NCBI GenBank assembly: GCA_965153455.1
Contig: OZ234493.1
Coordinates: 28,510,213-28,574,212 of the forward strand
Origin: Sphagnum compactum
Taxonomy: Eukaryota
Length of the DNA stretch: 64,000 nt
Direction: 5' to 3'
Under the pieces are notes generated by a model. It saw nothing but the letters and a program-made list of their open reading frames with translations, searched no databases and was not told the DNA's origin. This document shows positions 49,640 through 63,296 of this stretch, piece by piece (position 1 is the stretch's first letter; the number at the start of each line of letters is the position of its first letter). A program made the position numbers and the translations under genes.

Positions 49640-50520
49640 GTTCTGTAGCAGTGCATGTAATAGACCTTAATCAAATGAAGAGCATATTGGTCATGGATTT
49701 GCTTCATGACACCAATTTTGATGTTTTGGAAAACATTGACATTGTTTGCCCCAAAAGAAATGATTTTGTTGGCAATATAGTCCTTTACCAAACTATTATT
49801 TGTCACCACTGCTTCCATAATCATCTTAGTTAGGTTATTAGTTATACCCTAATCCTTCTACCACTTGGTCCAAAGAAATGAAAATTGAAATTCTTACCCA
49901 ATTTTCCACCACATAACAATGGATAAATAACCAAGACTGGTTATCACAACTCAAGGCAACATACCGAACAACCCCTATAGCAACTATGGTTGCCCGCATC
50001 ACCTTTTGATGCATGAATTCAACCATTGTCCATCTAAATTATCACTCCAACGTTACTTGTTATTTTTGAGGACTACCAAGAAGTCATACAAAGGCCTCAA
50101 TGCTTCATATTCCAACATTGGATGTCCTTGCCGCAACAAATGCAAAATTGTGGCAAATTATGTCATTGCACTTGCAACTTGGGTAGTAACAAATTCATGA
50201 CATGAAAAACCAATAATGTTTGGTTATTTACATGCATGGAATCCTTGGAGTAATACTAATCCCTTCTTTTCACACCAGTCATGATGTTCTTCTCAACATT
50301 CTTATGACCTACATGCTTATAAAGTGATTCCCACTTAACAACCAATAACTTATCTTTCTTATCCACCTCATTGTAACTTTTGCATTTGACTATATGTAAA
50401 CTACCATTTGACCCCATACACAATTATGCCCATGGAAGCTTTTCAACCCAAAAGTCTTGAAATTTCTTGTGGCATCATAGTTTTGTTTCTTGACCTTTAA
50501 CTTGGGTTGGATAGTGGGTA
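49640..50520 (-). pseudogene. Degenerate hAT-type (ZNF862-like) transposase remnant
   Basis: Frame-broken pieces LHLLRQGHPMLEYEAL..YDFL, RYVALSCD..NQSWLFIHCYVVENW.R, KIISFGANNVNVFQ..K.GV..QI...MHC. Confidence 0.55.
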
Positions 50521-50574
50521 GATCAGATTCATGGGTGAGAAAGGGATCATAATCTTTCGTAACAACATCATGAG

Positions 50575-51910
50575 CTCCACGCATGTCACAAGCATTGAAG
50601 GACCACATATGGGCCCAACTAAGCTTAGGTTACACGACCAAACAAATATATGACAAACATAAAGCAATTTGGTGGGAACGTGTGAATGCGGGTCAAAGCA
50701 TGACACGAGATGATTTCATTCGGCTTCAAAACATTGCATATTTGGATCGGAAACATAAGAAAGGGAATTGACATTTACACACCAACCTTGCAATTTCAAT
50801 TCGGTTTTGGGTTCTCCAACATTCGGAAGATGTGTTCTTTTTCCAAGATGTTGGTGAAATCCACGGGACTCAAGTCCCATTCACCATAGGTATTCAAACA
50901 CCAATTCAATGTGAGTCCATGCTATCATATGGTCACAATGGTGCCATTTCTATGGATGCCACATTTGGCACAAATGACATGAAATTCCATCTATTCACCT
51001 TGATGGTGTTTGATGATCATCGCACGGGTGTCCCTTTAGCCTAGATCATTACAAATAGGTAAACAGTTCAGGATTTGATCGAATGGTTAAAACCATTAAA
51101 AGATAAACTGTTATCACACATGCCACATTGGAAACCATCATGTTTTCTCGTTGATGATGCACCTCAAGAATTGAAGGCATTACGGTTAGTTCTATACCTA
51201 GTACCCATTTTGTATTTATTTCTTTAGATGTTTTTTACTATCTTTCATAAAATTCTTGATTATTTCAAATGCATTTGATGGTGTACTAATGGAGATTTTA
51301 TTGCATGTGTCTTTATTAGGGTCATATGGGGTATGGACAAGGTTCCCATCTACCTTTGTTGTTGGCATGTTTTAAAAGCATGGCGCTTACGTGGTACTGA
51401 AAAAATCAAAGATGTGGAAGTGCGGGGTGGAATCCTTCAAAACTTTCATGATGTGATGTGCATGTCCATCAATCATGGAGAAACAATTGATGACTTCAAA
51501 GAGCGTGGGAGGGTTGCTGTGAGAGAAAACCTTCATAAACATAGGCCTGGTGATGCGTGGACAAATTATTTCTGGACTTATTACCATTAGTTTGGTAATT
51601 GATAATACTTATCATGGTTTAATATTCAAAATTCTTTTGTAATATTGTTATTTATCCTTGTGCATTGTGTTTATGTTTGTAGAATTATGGATGGTGGGTG
51701 TTTGAAGAGTGCCCCATTCCAACCAAACGAGCATTGAATCATAACATGGTGCGTTGAAATGTTAGCTTGTTCTTGACACAAAAGGCCTTAGAGGGCGTAA
51801 GATTGAGTGGTTGGTGTGATAATTAACAACAACCATTGCACGCCACTACATGCACACATTAGAAATGAAAAAAAATGGTTTCATAAAAAACAAGGTTATG
51901 GAGGCCATTA
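50575..51910 (+). pseudogene. Degenerate MULE (Mutator-like) transposase remnant with apparent introns
   Basis: ISMDATFGTNDMKFHLFTLMVFDDHRTGVPLA*II, FLVDDAPQELKALR|gttag, ag|..PIYLCCWHVLKAW, IES.HG.LK; premature stops. Confidence 0.75.
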
Positions 51911-52259
51911 TTATATTTGAACTTCTAAGAACGTGGGAATTGCGGTGTGCCATTTTAAAAGTGGTTTAAGATTGGAAACAAAAAGCCAAGGCTAAAATCA
52001 AATGGGTAAAAGAAACCAAATCTAAAACCTACAAGTAGATAACAAAAATTTTAAAAGGAGGAAGTTTAAGCTTGGTAAGCCATGATCAAATAACATAGAA
52101 AAAATGTAAAAAATTAATAAAGATAATAGGATATTGAAAACCTTAACCCTTTACATGAAGTTGTAGCAACCAAGTAGGGTATTTGTTTTTGGTGATTCTC
52201 TCACAATTTTGTAATTGAAAAATCTAAAAAAATGATTATCTCATAAATGTTAGGGTAAT

Positions 52260-52760
52260 AAGATCCTTTGAAATATGAAAACACAATCAATATCAAGGGA
52301 ATCTCATGGATAACAAGAAAAAATGAAAGTGCATTAAATGTAAGAAAAATAGTAAATGGGATGTTTACCAAAATCCCAATGAACCATGAAAACAACATTT
52401 CGTCCCTTCAAAACTTGAATAGTGACTCTAGAAAAAATGTTTATTTCAAAGATGTAATTAGGGTAACAAGATATTTTTAAATTTTTTTAAAAATGGATAT
52501 CAAGGGAATCCTCATGGACAACAAGAAAAAATTGAATCGCATTAAAATATTTAAAAAATAGTAAATGGGATGCTTAAAAAATCTAGTGAACCATGAAAAC
52601 AACAATTTCTTCGCCAAAAACTTGAATGAATTTGGAAAAGCTGATTATTTCAGACATGTCAAGGAAACAAGATACTTTGAGAACACAATGGATATCAAGG
52701 GAATCCCCATGGACATCAAGAAAAAATGGAGGTGCATTAAAATGCAAAAATTATAGTATG
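52260..52760 (+). repeat. Degenerate tandem repeat, about 200-bp unit, about 2.5 copies
   Basis: atatcaagggaatc..catgga.a.caagaaaaa.tg...gcattaaa at ~52290, ~52497 and ~52692. Confidence 0.7.
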
Positions 52761-52933
52761 GGAGGAAATGGCAAGCCCAACTATGCATGTAAGGTTATTA
52801 CTATATACCATGTTTGTTGTCCAATAATTTAAGGGAACATTTGAACATGGATTGTGCGTAAGGAGAATGGTGATGAGGTTTGTGCTTGTTGCTCATGTTT
52901 ACGAATGGAGTGTTATGAGATGAATTTTGGTTG

Positions 52934-55723
52934 CATTAGTAGAGAACCCCCTTTTCCAATTACATTTCCAATTCCTTTTCAACTATAATTTTTAATTAAA
53001 AACAACAAACTGAGTTGGAAAATACTATTTGCAACTAAAATCTATTATTTGCAACTGAAAACCATGGCAACTAACGAGTACCAGTCGAAAGTGATATTCT
53101 AGTTGAAAACGTCAACCATGTGTCAACACCACGTCATTTGCCATTTCAAACCATTTTAGTTGTGAATGCTATCAAATATTATGGTTGAAAATCATTTTCA
53201 ACTTGAACAATAGGGTGGTTGAACTTCATCCAATGACATTTCACGACATCGTCAATTTTATATTTCAATATTAAAATAAAAATTAAATTTATATGAATTG
53301 TTCAATTTAAGAATGGAGGATATTTTGACACATGGATTAAAGAGACGATGACATGTGGCAATTATAAATTATTTTAAAATTAAATATTGTTGATAAATAA
53401 CATTAATTTATATCGTCCATCTTGCATCCAATAAGATTTTGTCACATGGACATAAACTTTATATTTCAGTAGGCCTAGGTACCTACCTACCTACCTAGCT
53501 ACCTACTTGATTAAATTTAGGTACCTATGTGGGTAAGTAGGTAAAATATTTACCAAACGACCTAACATAATTAGTAGGTAGCTAAACTACCTACCCATCG
53601 AAACCTATTTACTAAATAAGTTAATTTAGAATAATCTTATTTTATTTTTGGTTTATTTTTAAAGGTCAAACCATTTTGATTGGTTCATCCCAAGTACCAT
53701 TTGTTTTATAAAAATGGTTGGTGCATCTAGTTATATAGTTTGCAAACTTGAAACATATGACAAAGAATATGGGACAAGCATTTTAATGAGATTTTAGTTG
53801 CAACTACTAGGATAAACATGTTAACATCTTAAGGACAAAGACTTATAAATCTTTGTACATTGCTCTGTTGCTTTTCAAGCTCAATAGCATTTTGTAACCC
53901 TTCATTTGGCGCATCTTATGTAACAAAAATCATTCAAATCGATGAAGGAATGAGCAAGATATGCCTTTTCCAAATGAAAGGGGTCATGGGCATGATGTGA
54001 GTTGGCATATATGACCAATTTACAATCTAGACCTTAAGATCTATGGACGCGAATCTATTGTTTTTGGCCTTTAAAAAAGTTTTGTAAAGTTTCAGATGGC
54101 GCACCCAATGCAAAAAAAATTCTCAAATCAATGAAGGAATGAACAAGATATGCCTTCTTTAAGTGAAAGGGGTCACGGGCATGATGTGGGTTGGCACATA
54201 TGACCATTTTGAATTATGGAGCTTAAGATCTTTGGACACCACTTTATTGTATTTACATGAAGCTTTACAAAAACAATTTGACAAATGGTGCATCCAATGC
54301 AACAAAAATTGCTCAAATCAATGGAAGAATGAGCAAGATATGTTTTCTCCAAATGAAGGGGGTCATAGGCATGTGGGTTGTCACATATGATCAATTTGCA
54401 TTTTGGAGTTTAAGATCTTTGGACGTCACTTATTGTCTTTGCACTTCAAAAAGGTTTTGTAAAGCTTCAAATGGTGCTTCCATAACTTTTTTAATTGTTC
54501 AAAACAAACAAGAAATGAAAAAGATATGAAATTTGAACGTAAGGGCGTCTAAATGTTTTTTTTTCTCCTTGAACAAGCTAATCCTCTTCTTGCTTCTTGT
54601 TTTTGGAGTTCCAAGAAATATTATTGTAAATTTTCATTTGGTTCACATGTGGTCATGAAATATTTTCCAAAAAGACAAGAAACTTCAAAAATATGGTAAT
54701 GGTGATAGGCATGTCTACCCTATCCATTAGTTATGCTATACTAACTTAATCCATCTATTGGCTATACTAAATATTAAACATAGAAATATTTAATAAACCT
54801 ATTATCATCATCATTAAATATTTGTTATATATATTTATGGATATTAACTATAATTTTATTAATTAAAAATCAAATAATATTACTAATATTCATTATATAT
54901 TTAATTATAATTTAACTCCTTGTTTATAGTTAATCATATAATTGATGGTAGTAATCATATAAAATAATACATATGTTTGATATTTATAAACATTAATACA
55001 GAAAAATATAATACATATAATCAGTTATAATATTAATAAATATTAATGCTAATATAAATCATATTTATAATTGAATATTAGTTATATGAACTAATTTTAA
55101 TTATAAAATATAATTTTATTAGTGAATAATGGTTGATAATATTATTAATATTGATAGTTACTTATAATTTATACATTTACACTAATTTATGTGAGATACA
55201 ATAACACACACACACACACACACATGTATATAGTTAATAAGTAGGTACCTATTAACTAACTAAAATTAAACCTATGTAGTTAATAGTTACCTATTAACTA
55301 CCTATTAAGGACCTAGTTACTTAGTGTTCTAAATGCACACTAATTAAGTACCTAACTATTAATTAGGTAAGTAACTAGGTAGGTATTTACTTATTCATAA
55401 TTAATAGGTACCTAATATAGGTATGACCCACTATATTTACGAATAGTCCATATAGTTGAAAGATAGTCACGATAAAATTACAATTAGTACATTAGTCCAA
55501 AATTACGTTTCATTCGTATAATTGGCATTTATCATCCATGCCTACGTTTGTGGTTGACCAAAGTAGTTGGACATGGGATTCATCTTTGGATGTTGTCATT
55601 CTCTGAATCAAAACTTCAATTATAACTCAATTGTAGCACCTATAAATATTAGGAATATTTCGTGACTATCCTTTTAGTTGAAACTCAGGTTCAATTGTCC
55701 ACCAAAATCATTGACATTTCAAC
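52934..55723. mobile_element. Possible non-autonomous CACTA-like element containing a ~190-bp x3 tandem repeat
   Basis: Left end cattagtagagaacc resembles a CACTAGTAGAAA terminus; gcaact.aaa subterminal motifs follow; aggtacct-rich tracts near both ends; repeat aatc.atg.a.gaatga.caagatatg at ~53937, ~54126 and ~54316. Right TIR not seen. Confidence 0.35.
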
Positions 55724-55848
55724 TGATGCGTTCCCAAGCTCCTTAACGGACTCAAATGTGAGTCTAAATTAAAAACAACGGAAAAGCAAGGAGTTGGGGC
55801 ACGTTTCCTGGCTCGCAGCACTTTGGGGGGTAGAGGGGCGTGTTGGAC
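55724..55848 (-). mobile_element. Truncated copy of the solo-LTR family at 13158-14091
   Basis: tgatgcgttcccaagctcctt...ctcaaatgtgagtc...ctcgcagcactttg...tagaggggcgtg aligns to 13158-13283. Confidence 0.8.
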
Positions 55849-56514
55849 GAATTAAGGTGTTGAACTAATTAATTTTATGTTTAACAACATTTCAAAGCTT
55901 TTGCCTCAACAAAACAAACATTTGCAAGTTGTAAATGACTTCAATTCTAATTGAAATAACATCAAGAATGTTAATTTTCAATTCATCCACCCACCAATTT
56001 ATGTCGATGGTGTTCCACCAATGTTTAATAAACCCCATGTGTTGTCTCCATTTCCATCATGCTTGTCATTTCTTACCATTTGAGGATTTTGTTCACTTCG
56101 AAAATGGTTGTTGGCCTTCTATTTTTCATGGGTGGAATTTTCCTTGCTTCAATTTCCCTTGCATTTATCTTCACACAATCAACCAACATTCATTGAAACA
56201 AAAAATTTAATTTTACAAGTCCTTCAATTTCATGACTCCAACATCTATTGGAATGTGTCCTTTGAAAAGTATTGTTTCGATCCAATTTGCATGGACTATT
56301 CCAAACAATGATTTTTTATTTTTATTTATTTTCCATTTTAAATTTTTTTGTGAAGTAGATGGTTTGGTAATCATCCATAAGGAAGATAAAAAAAAATAAG
56401 AGTCTTGTTATATTTTGGTTACATGTTAAAACGTATTGCTTAAATTTGGCAATTTCAATTTTTTTCTTTCATAATGTGGCAACTTTAGGCCAAGAAAAAA
56501 AAACTTTGTATGAG

Positions 56515-56553
<39 letters not shown>

Positions 56554-59459
56554 GAAAGATGTGAAGTTTTGGCCCAAAAAAAACACTAATTCCAAGGGAT
56601 TAATTACATTTGACCACAACATGCCAAATCAAATCCCATTGATATTTTAAATTCTTCATTAATGATTCGCCTACAATTCTTAGTCTATGCAAATTGTAGT
56701 ACATTTGTTTCTTCTTTCAAAATGCCATAAATTTTTTGGCCATTGCAAATGTATGAATTCATATTGAAAAATGTGGAAAAAATTACCTGCAAAGGTTATC
56801 ACTCCTTGTTGATTGCAAAAACTCTTCCTTTCCTTGTTGCTCCTATTAGACACCCCTTTTTCACATCCACGGTTGTCCAAGGTTAAACAAAACCTCCCAT
56901 TTGGTCAAAGAAAATTGACTTTGTGGCCAGTGACACTTTAAGGTTGTATCGTCTTTTGCAATGTGCAGGCTCTAGGTGGACATCAACAAGGCCATGGGGG
57001 CTTATATATGTGCAAAATGATGAGCATGTTTTTTTTCATTTCTTCAAAAGTATGTAAAGAATATGTTGCCATTCCATCACCAAATATAGCCCATTATTGA
57101 AGATGTCGTAAGTCGAAAATATCTGTGGTACAATTTAAACTTGTAGTAAGCAATCCAATTTCTTGAGCCAACTTCAATTCATATTGAAGTGCATTTTATG
57201 ACCTAAAATCAAATGGTGTAAAATTAATGAACCAAAGTCTTTTTGGCAATGGATTCACTTTTTTCTTCTTTTCCTTTCTTTCATAACTTCCATCCATCAT
57301 CAAAAATTTAACATTACACATGAGTAAACTAATGATACATGCCAAACCTAAAAAAATATAGATCTACATTAGTTCACAAAGGTTCTTTTTCCAAAGCTTA
57401 ATGTGATTTGGAGGCAAGGGAAAGAAAATGTGTGTATTTTTTTTATTTTTTGTATTAAGGGAAGATTTTCATGTTGAATTTTGAACCTTTATCCTTTATA
57501 TGGATGACTTTAAGGACAAATTTCAAAAGTCAACATGAAAGGCCAAAACTAAGCCCAATAGCAAGTTCAAAAAATGTGATTTTAAAGATAATTTCAACAA
57601 ATATTATCCAAAGGTATATGTTATAATTATAATCTAATTGCATGTCACACCTTATTGTGTTACAAAGTTTATACTACAATTAAATGGTAATTAAATTCAA
57701 TGACCAAAGTTACATTCACCTAACAAAAGGTATCATGCAACTATAATTTAATATTGTACCATTACCCAACCACATTAAACTCGTTAACAAATATCATTTC
57801 AAATTAAGCAAATTGTTTATTGAAGCAAAAATTGATTTATTCAACATTTGTTAAAACTACAATTGTAGTTTCAATGGTCATTTACACACTTGTAGTTTTT
57901 AAATAATTTCCATCATTACTAAATTACATTTTTACATTTAACTTATTATCAATTTATTCAAAACTATTGACATTACCAAAATTTTGCAAATTTTTTTGAT
58001 GCACCTCTTTACGTAGGGTGTTGAATGGGAAATTTAAACAATCCCAATGATAAGAGAAAAGGGCAAACTTTTTTTTCATGATAAATTTTTTTCGTGTTTG
58101 TATTCAAAATTTTATTTGAACTTGATATTCACATATTGGCACTTTGTTTCAAATACCCACAACATGTTCTTCCACATTTCATGAATTGTTTTCAATATCC
58201 AATGTTTTCAAAATGTACAAATGTTCTTAGTTAAATGTAATTTTTTTCACATCAAATTTCCTTCATCATTCAACTTGGCCAAACTTTAATGGGTGTTACA
58301 TTATGAATGTCACACATATAATATATAACCAATTGTGTAACTAATTTGACTAGCTTTAAAAAAACTATGGTTTGAAAACAAATCCATAATTCCTAAACTT
58401 TCTAATTTTCACCTTGTGTTATGAAACAACTTGGCATTACTTTGAATAAAAATCTCTCCAAAAAATCAAAGACATAACAAATGGAAGATTGAAATGTACC
58501 TGTAATTGATAGCAAACATTCCACAATATGTAACCACCAAACTTTGTTGTCTCTTTATGTGACCTCCAACATGAATAGTCATGAACATTTTAAATTCACA
58601 TTCCCAAAAAAGACTAGATCAACTTATATATCCTTTAACTTGTTTCAAATACATTGGAGCTTCAAGTGGCATCAAGTGGAGTCTGTTGCTTCAAAAGGTT
58701 TCCATATACAATCCTTCCAATTAAAACCCACATAGTGCGACTTGCCTATGGGTATAGAAAGTGTACTTGAATAGTTGAGAAAAGTCATATATTTCATTCG
58801 TAGAATGATAATCATAAGCATGATGCTAGAAATGAATCTACGTACATAACTTGAAGTACATTCCAATAAATCGATAATCTCCATTGCATTTGTTCATGTT
58901 CAATAAACTTTGGCCAAGAGGATTTTAGAAGATACCATCAATGATCTTGGTGAAAATCTTTCCATTATCATAATTTACAAAGGTAGGTAGATTATTTTAG
59001 CACGTCTTTGTTCTTAGTTTCTTGTATAAATTTTCCAGTTGGACCATAATAGCTCCAAGATATTTCATCAATGTCAAATTGCAATTGGTAACGTGGGATG
59101 CATTTCCAATGTAAGTGCCAACATCCTTTCACTTGTAAGGACTTTCACCTTTAAACCATCCAAATTGCACCAACCAACTTCCAACATTCTTCACCAAAAT
59201 GAATATTTTTCACCTCCAAACCATCAAGCTCAAGAAATCATTTCAATATCTTTTTGCTCATATCTCCTTGTCAAGTTACAAGCTTTTCATTCTCCTTCAC
59301 AAGGTTGTGATTGTCGAACGTACAAGTGGCAACAAGACATTCAATCTCAACACCCAATCTCCATTTACTCAACGAGTATTCAATACTTCCAAACCATTTT
59401 TCCACTTGTCATCCCTAATGAAGTTCCGGCTTGGACCCACAACACCTGATGTTTCTTCT

Positions 59460-61920
59460 TCAAAATGTGAAGCATGAGAAGTCTAAACTTTTTGTCCAAG
59501 GTTTCCACTTGAAGTTTAATTCCCTAACACCATCTTGAATTGTTTCAACAAATTCGATACTAGCAACTGGACTACTTGTGTGGATGTTGATTTCCAGGTT
59601 TACTAAAGTTTCCTGCATCTCTGTTCGGAGTTTGTTTAGTAAGGTTACACTAGTTGTGAGCATTTGCGGAATCATGTGGAGGATCAAAGTTTTCACTGGT
59701 GGCCACCTTTTCAGTTTTTTCACTTCTTCAATGTTGGTTTCCATAGAATGCCATAGCCCAGGCCCAATATTCAAGATTGCGAGATTAGGACAGTGAGCTT
59801 GAAGTGTTTCGAAGCTAGGAATGTTCAACATCACCTCTTTCAATGCCCCGAGCCACTTTCCATCCTCACCCAATGCCATGCAGGGTATATCTAGAAACAA
59901 TTTGTTCAAGAACCAATTCCCTTTCACAAGCTTGGAGAGTGCAAGAAAGTTTGATGCCCCATATAGTAGCTCTTGCAAGTTGAACATATTTGAGAAACTG
60001 ATTTCAGAATACTTGCAGACCTCCAAATTGAAGGCAACAAATTTTAAAGTAGGTGCAGATATACACAATTCCTCAGGGCATGCCATTTTCAACTGCAGCT
60101 TTGACAAGTTGGGCAAATCAAGTTTGACAACCCCGGCCTTCGTTGAGAGTCCAAGGCATAGAACTTTGAGTTGCTGTGAGCTCAAGCAACCAGTTTTGAT
60201 TCCAAAAACTCCCAACAAAGCTAAGGTTTGCAAATTTTCCATCTTATTGCTTATATCATCCAAGGCATCTTCATTCATTTTAACACAACGGAGTGTGAAG
60301 CTTGTTAGCTCTGGCATTGGTTCGCAATCCTTTGCATCAATGAGCATATTTCTCAAATCAATTGTCTTCAATCTCTTGCCTATTCCACATCCAAAGAACA
60401 CCATCTAAAGGTGAGGGTCTAGTTCAAATTCATCCATGAAACATGACCAAAAAGAATATGTGGAAAGGACTTTTTGTTGTTTAGGGTACCTGCTTGAAAA
60501 AGATTTCCATATAGCAAGAAGTATTATAGAAAAATAAAAATTCATAATGTTTGGGACAAGATTTTCAATATAGGTGAATTTCTCATAATAATTTAGGATA
60601 GAAGATAAAAAACTCACAATGTTGGGACAAGATTTTCAATATGGTTGATTTTCTCATAATGGCTTGGATCCCGTAGTCCACTATGCAAAGATGTTGTAAA
60701 GTTTTGCCCACTGATGGCACCCATTCTCTCAAATGTCGTGGATCACTCAACCACAGATCACATTGTTGTCTTTCTTCTGCAGGAACAGACTTTGATTGCA
60801 GTTTAGGATCAATCTCAATTCGGAGTTGAATGAGGCATCGCTTTGATTTAAGATCATGCTCCAATGCTTGTCGGAATGGGGTATATTGCTTCAGTTGTTG
60901 TTTCTGTTTCGTTTGCCAATCTTCACATGTTGCTTTCCGAGTTTTAGTACTTGATTCATCTTGCAAGGCTTTTGTCATATCATCATCTTCTCCCTTGTCT
61001 ACTGACTTTGAATTCTCTCCAACAATTTGTTGATGGGAAATCTCTTGATCTCCATGTGCAACTCTGTGACCCAAATTCCTTTCAGAGATTGCATTGCCAT
61101 TATGCTCACATGTTAAGGAACCTTGCCCTTCATTGCCAACATCGGTTAGCTCTTGATCTCTATGTGCACCTTCAGGAACCAACTTCCTTTCAGAGATTGC
61201 ATTGCCATTTCGCTCACATGTAAAGGAGGAATTGTGCACAACAATGCCCTCAAGTGAAGAAGAAGAAGAAGAAGATGTGTAAGCCTTGTGGTCAAACTCC
61301 GCACTCTCTGAAGTTCTTTGAGATCCGTTCCTGACGTGATTGCCTCGAGCTCTTTCACGTGCATTTTCAGAATCTGAAGATTGCTGGGCCGCAGCGTCAT
61401 GTTTAAAACGATCAGCATTCAAACAGTTTCGAGATCCCCCCCCGGTTCTTCTCCTGCTTGTCGAGGCATCGTGGGTTCTCTCACGTATCCATGACTCTTG
61501 CTCTTGACTGGCCTGCACGTTCTCGCGTTCTCGCGGAGGGTGGGGCCCTCCATCTCGATCGGCATCGACGTTCCCTGGAGGAGTTGTTGCCTGGGATCTT
61601 GTATCGTCCCTTAGGTCGTTGCGTAGATCACTTCCGAGCATTTCTCCACGGATACATTCTTCTTCGGAAGTCTTAGCGATGATGTTTCCCTTGTTCTTCC
61701 TGGCGTTTTCATGATCGATAGCACGGGCAACGCACCGAAGCGACGGGACGTTCTTCCCAGCATCGTTGAAAACCTTACAAACGCATCTGGCTATTGCAAT
61801 ATGTCTGGAGTCCTCAAGATGCGAAAAGATAGCATCAGCAACGTCATTTGTGATCTGCACAGACATCGCCACATTTACGGCATCAGAATGAAACTTCTTC
61901 TCAGTGCCCTTCACCTCCAT
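59460..61920 (-). CDS. F-box/LRR protein, At4g29420-like, with a long low-complexity insert; 2 coding exons (61920-60618, 60379-59460), about 740 aa
   Basis: F-box ITNDVADAIFSHLEDSRHIAIARCVCKVFN; TPFRQ...DLWLSD...EWVP.VG..LQHLCIVDY.IQ...RKS.IL.ILSQHC|KRL..IDLRN; MPELTSFTL; LLGVFGIK. Splice CAT T|gtgag...tag|GC. The ORF-track start at 61995 is a GTG right after an acceptor (tag|GTG). Confidence 0.85.
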
Positions 61921-62712
61921 GACCACGAAGAAGCAAACAAAGCCTTTCTTCCACAGCACGAAACTTGCTGATGGAACTCGGCAGAAGTCGTCCACCTATT
62001 ATGCGTGCGACGAGGCGCAGCGAGGCCGAAGAATTCAAGTACTACTCTCTCAGGATAATATTGAAGAAGATTTTTCTGTACCTCATTTATGGGACAATCA
62101 GACATCGCTATGTCCTCGACGAAATCTCTTTTTACGCGCTTCTTCTGTAGCAGGAAACAAATAAACAGATGGAAATTTGTGAGAATCGTCTCCAAATGAT
62201 CTTCGAAAACTTCTTTCTTTAGTGTTTCTTCTTCTTAGTGTTCCAATTCTTGTGCTTCTGGAGACCTTCTTTCTTTCGTCTTCTTGTTTCTTAGTGCTCC
62301 AAATATTCTGTTTCTCCAATTCAAGTGAGCATACATCACATGCAGAAGGAGAAAAAATCGAAATCTAAATGCCAATTCACTCGGTTAAAAACGGCAACAA
62401 ATATCTCATACGCTAAAACATGAGTATTAAACAAACCAAATCTTATCACAGGAAGCCATCAAAACAAGAACGTGACTACAAAAAACTATCAAAATACTCT
62501 CAGGAGGGGAAAAAAAAAGAAGACAGAATTCTCACGAAAGAATAAAGAACTTTGCTTACTACTTCCAATGACATGAGGATTTTGCAATCTCCAGCGTCGT
62601 CGTCGTTCTGTCGTTCGGTCGTTTTCTCTGATTTCCCACAAACAAATTGTACTGACACCAATGTCCGACAGATTGGCACTCTTTTCTACCGACAACAACT
62701 TCCGATTCCAGC

Positions 62713-62885
62713 TTCTAAAAAGTTCGGCAGTCCAACTTTCTACCGACGAAGCAGTCGGGAGGAAGTGCGTTTTGCCGACAATTGGTAAGTGTCCGAGGTT
62801 CTAAAAAGTTCGGCAGTCCAACTTTCTACCGACGAAGCAGTCGGAAGGAAGTGCGTTTTGCCGACAATTGGTAAGTGTCCGAGGT
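62713..62885 (+). repeat. Near-perfect ~86-bp tandem duplication
   Basis: ttctaaaaagttcggcagtccaactttctaccgacgaagcagtcgg[g/a]aggaagtgcgttttgccgacaattggtaagtgtccgagg occurs twice with one difference. Confidence 0.9.
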
Positions 62886-63296
62886 CACGCCAGACTAACA
62901 CTAGTACGGACGAACTCCGGAGGTCCGGCTATGGCGTGAAGCTCAAGCTCAGTTATGGAGCAGCAAGAAGGAGGAGGAGGAGGAGGAGGAGGAGGGCGTC
63001 CAAAGGAAGAAGGAAGGGAATGAATTGATGAAGAGGAGAACAATAAGCAAAACTTATGTCCCAAGAGCAAATACAACAGGAAGGGATTTCGCATCAGGTA
63101 CAGAAAAACTTAACACCGACAACGCTAGATTGGAATTTCTCTCTATCTCTCCCTATTGCCAAAATTTCTTTCAACGCAACGAACTAAGATTTGTGTCCAA
63201 GAGAACGAGCAGGATGGATTTGCGTGAGGAATTTCTCTCTTTAGATTTCGGCCTTCAAGCCCATATATACTCTCACTCCTCGGGTGATTCTTCACA

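Noticed and set aside
55930-57200. Possible Harbinger-like nuclease remnant on the minus strand
   Set aside because: Only vague resemblance; no clear catalytic motifs readable by eye.
59821-60408. 195-aa plus-strand ORF
   Set aside because: Antisense shadow of the F-box/LRR exon 2.
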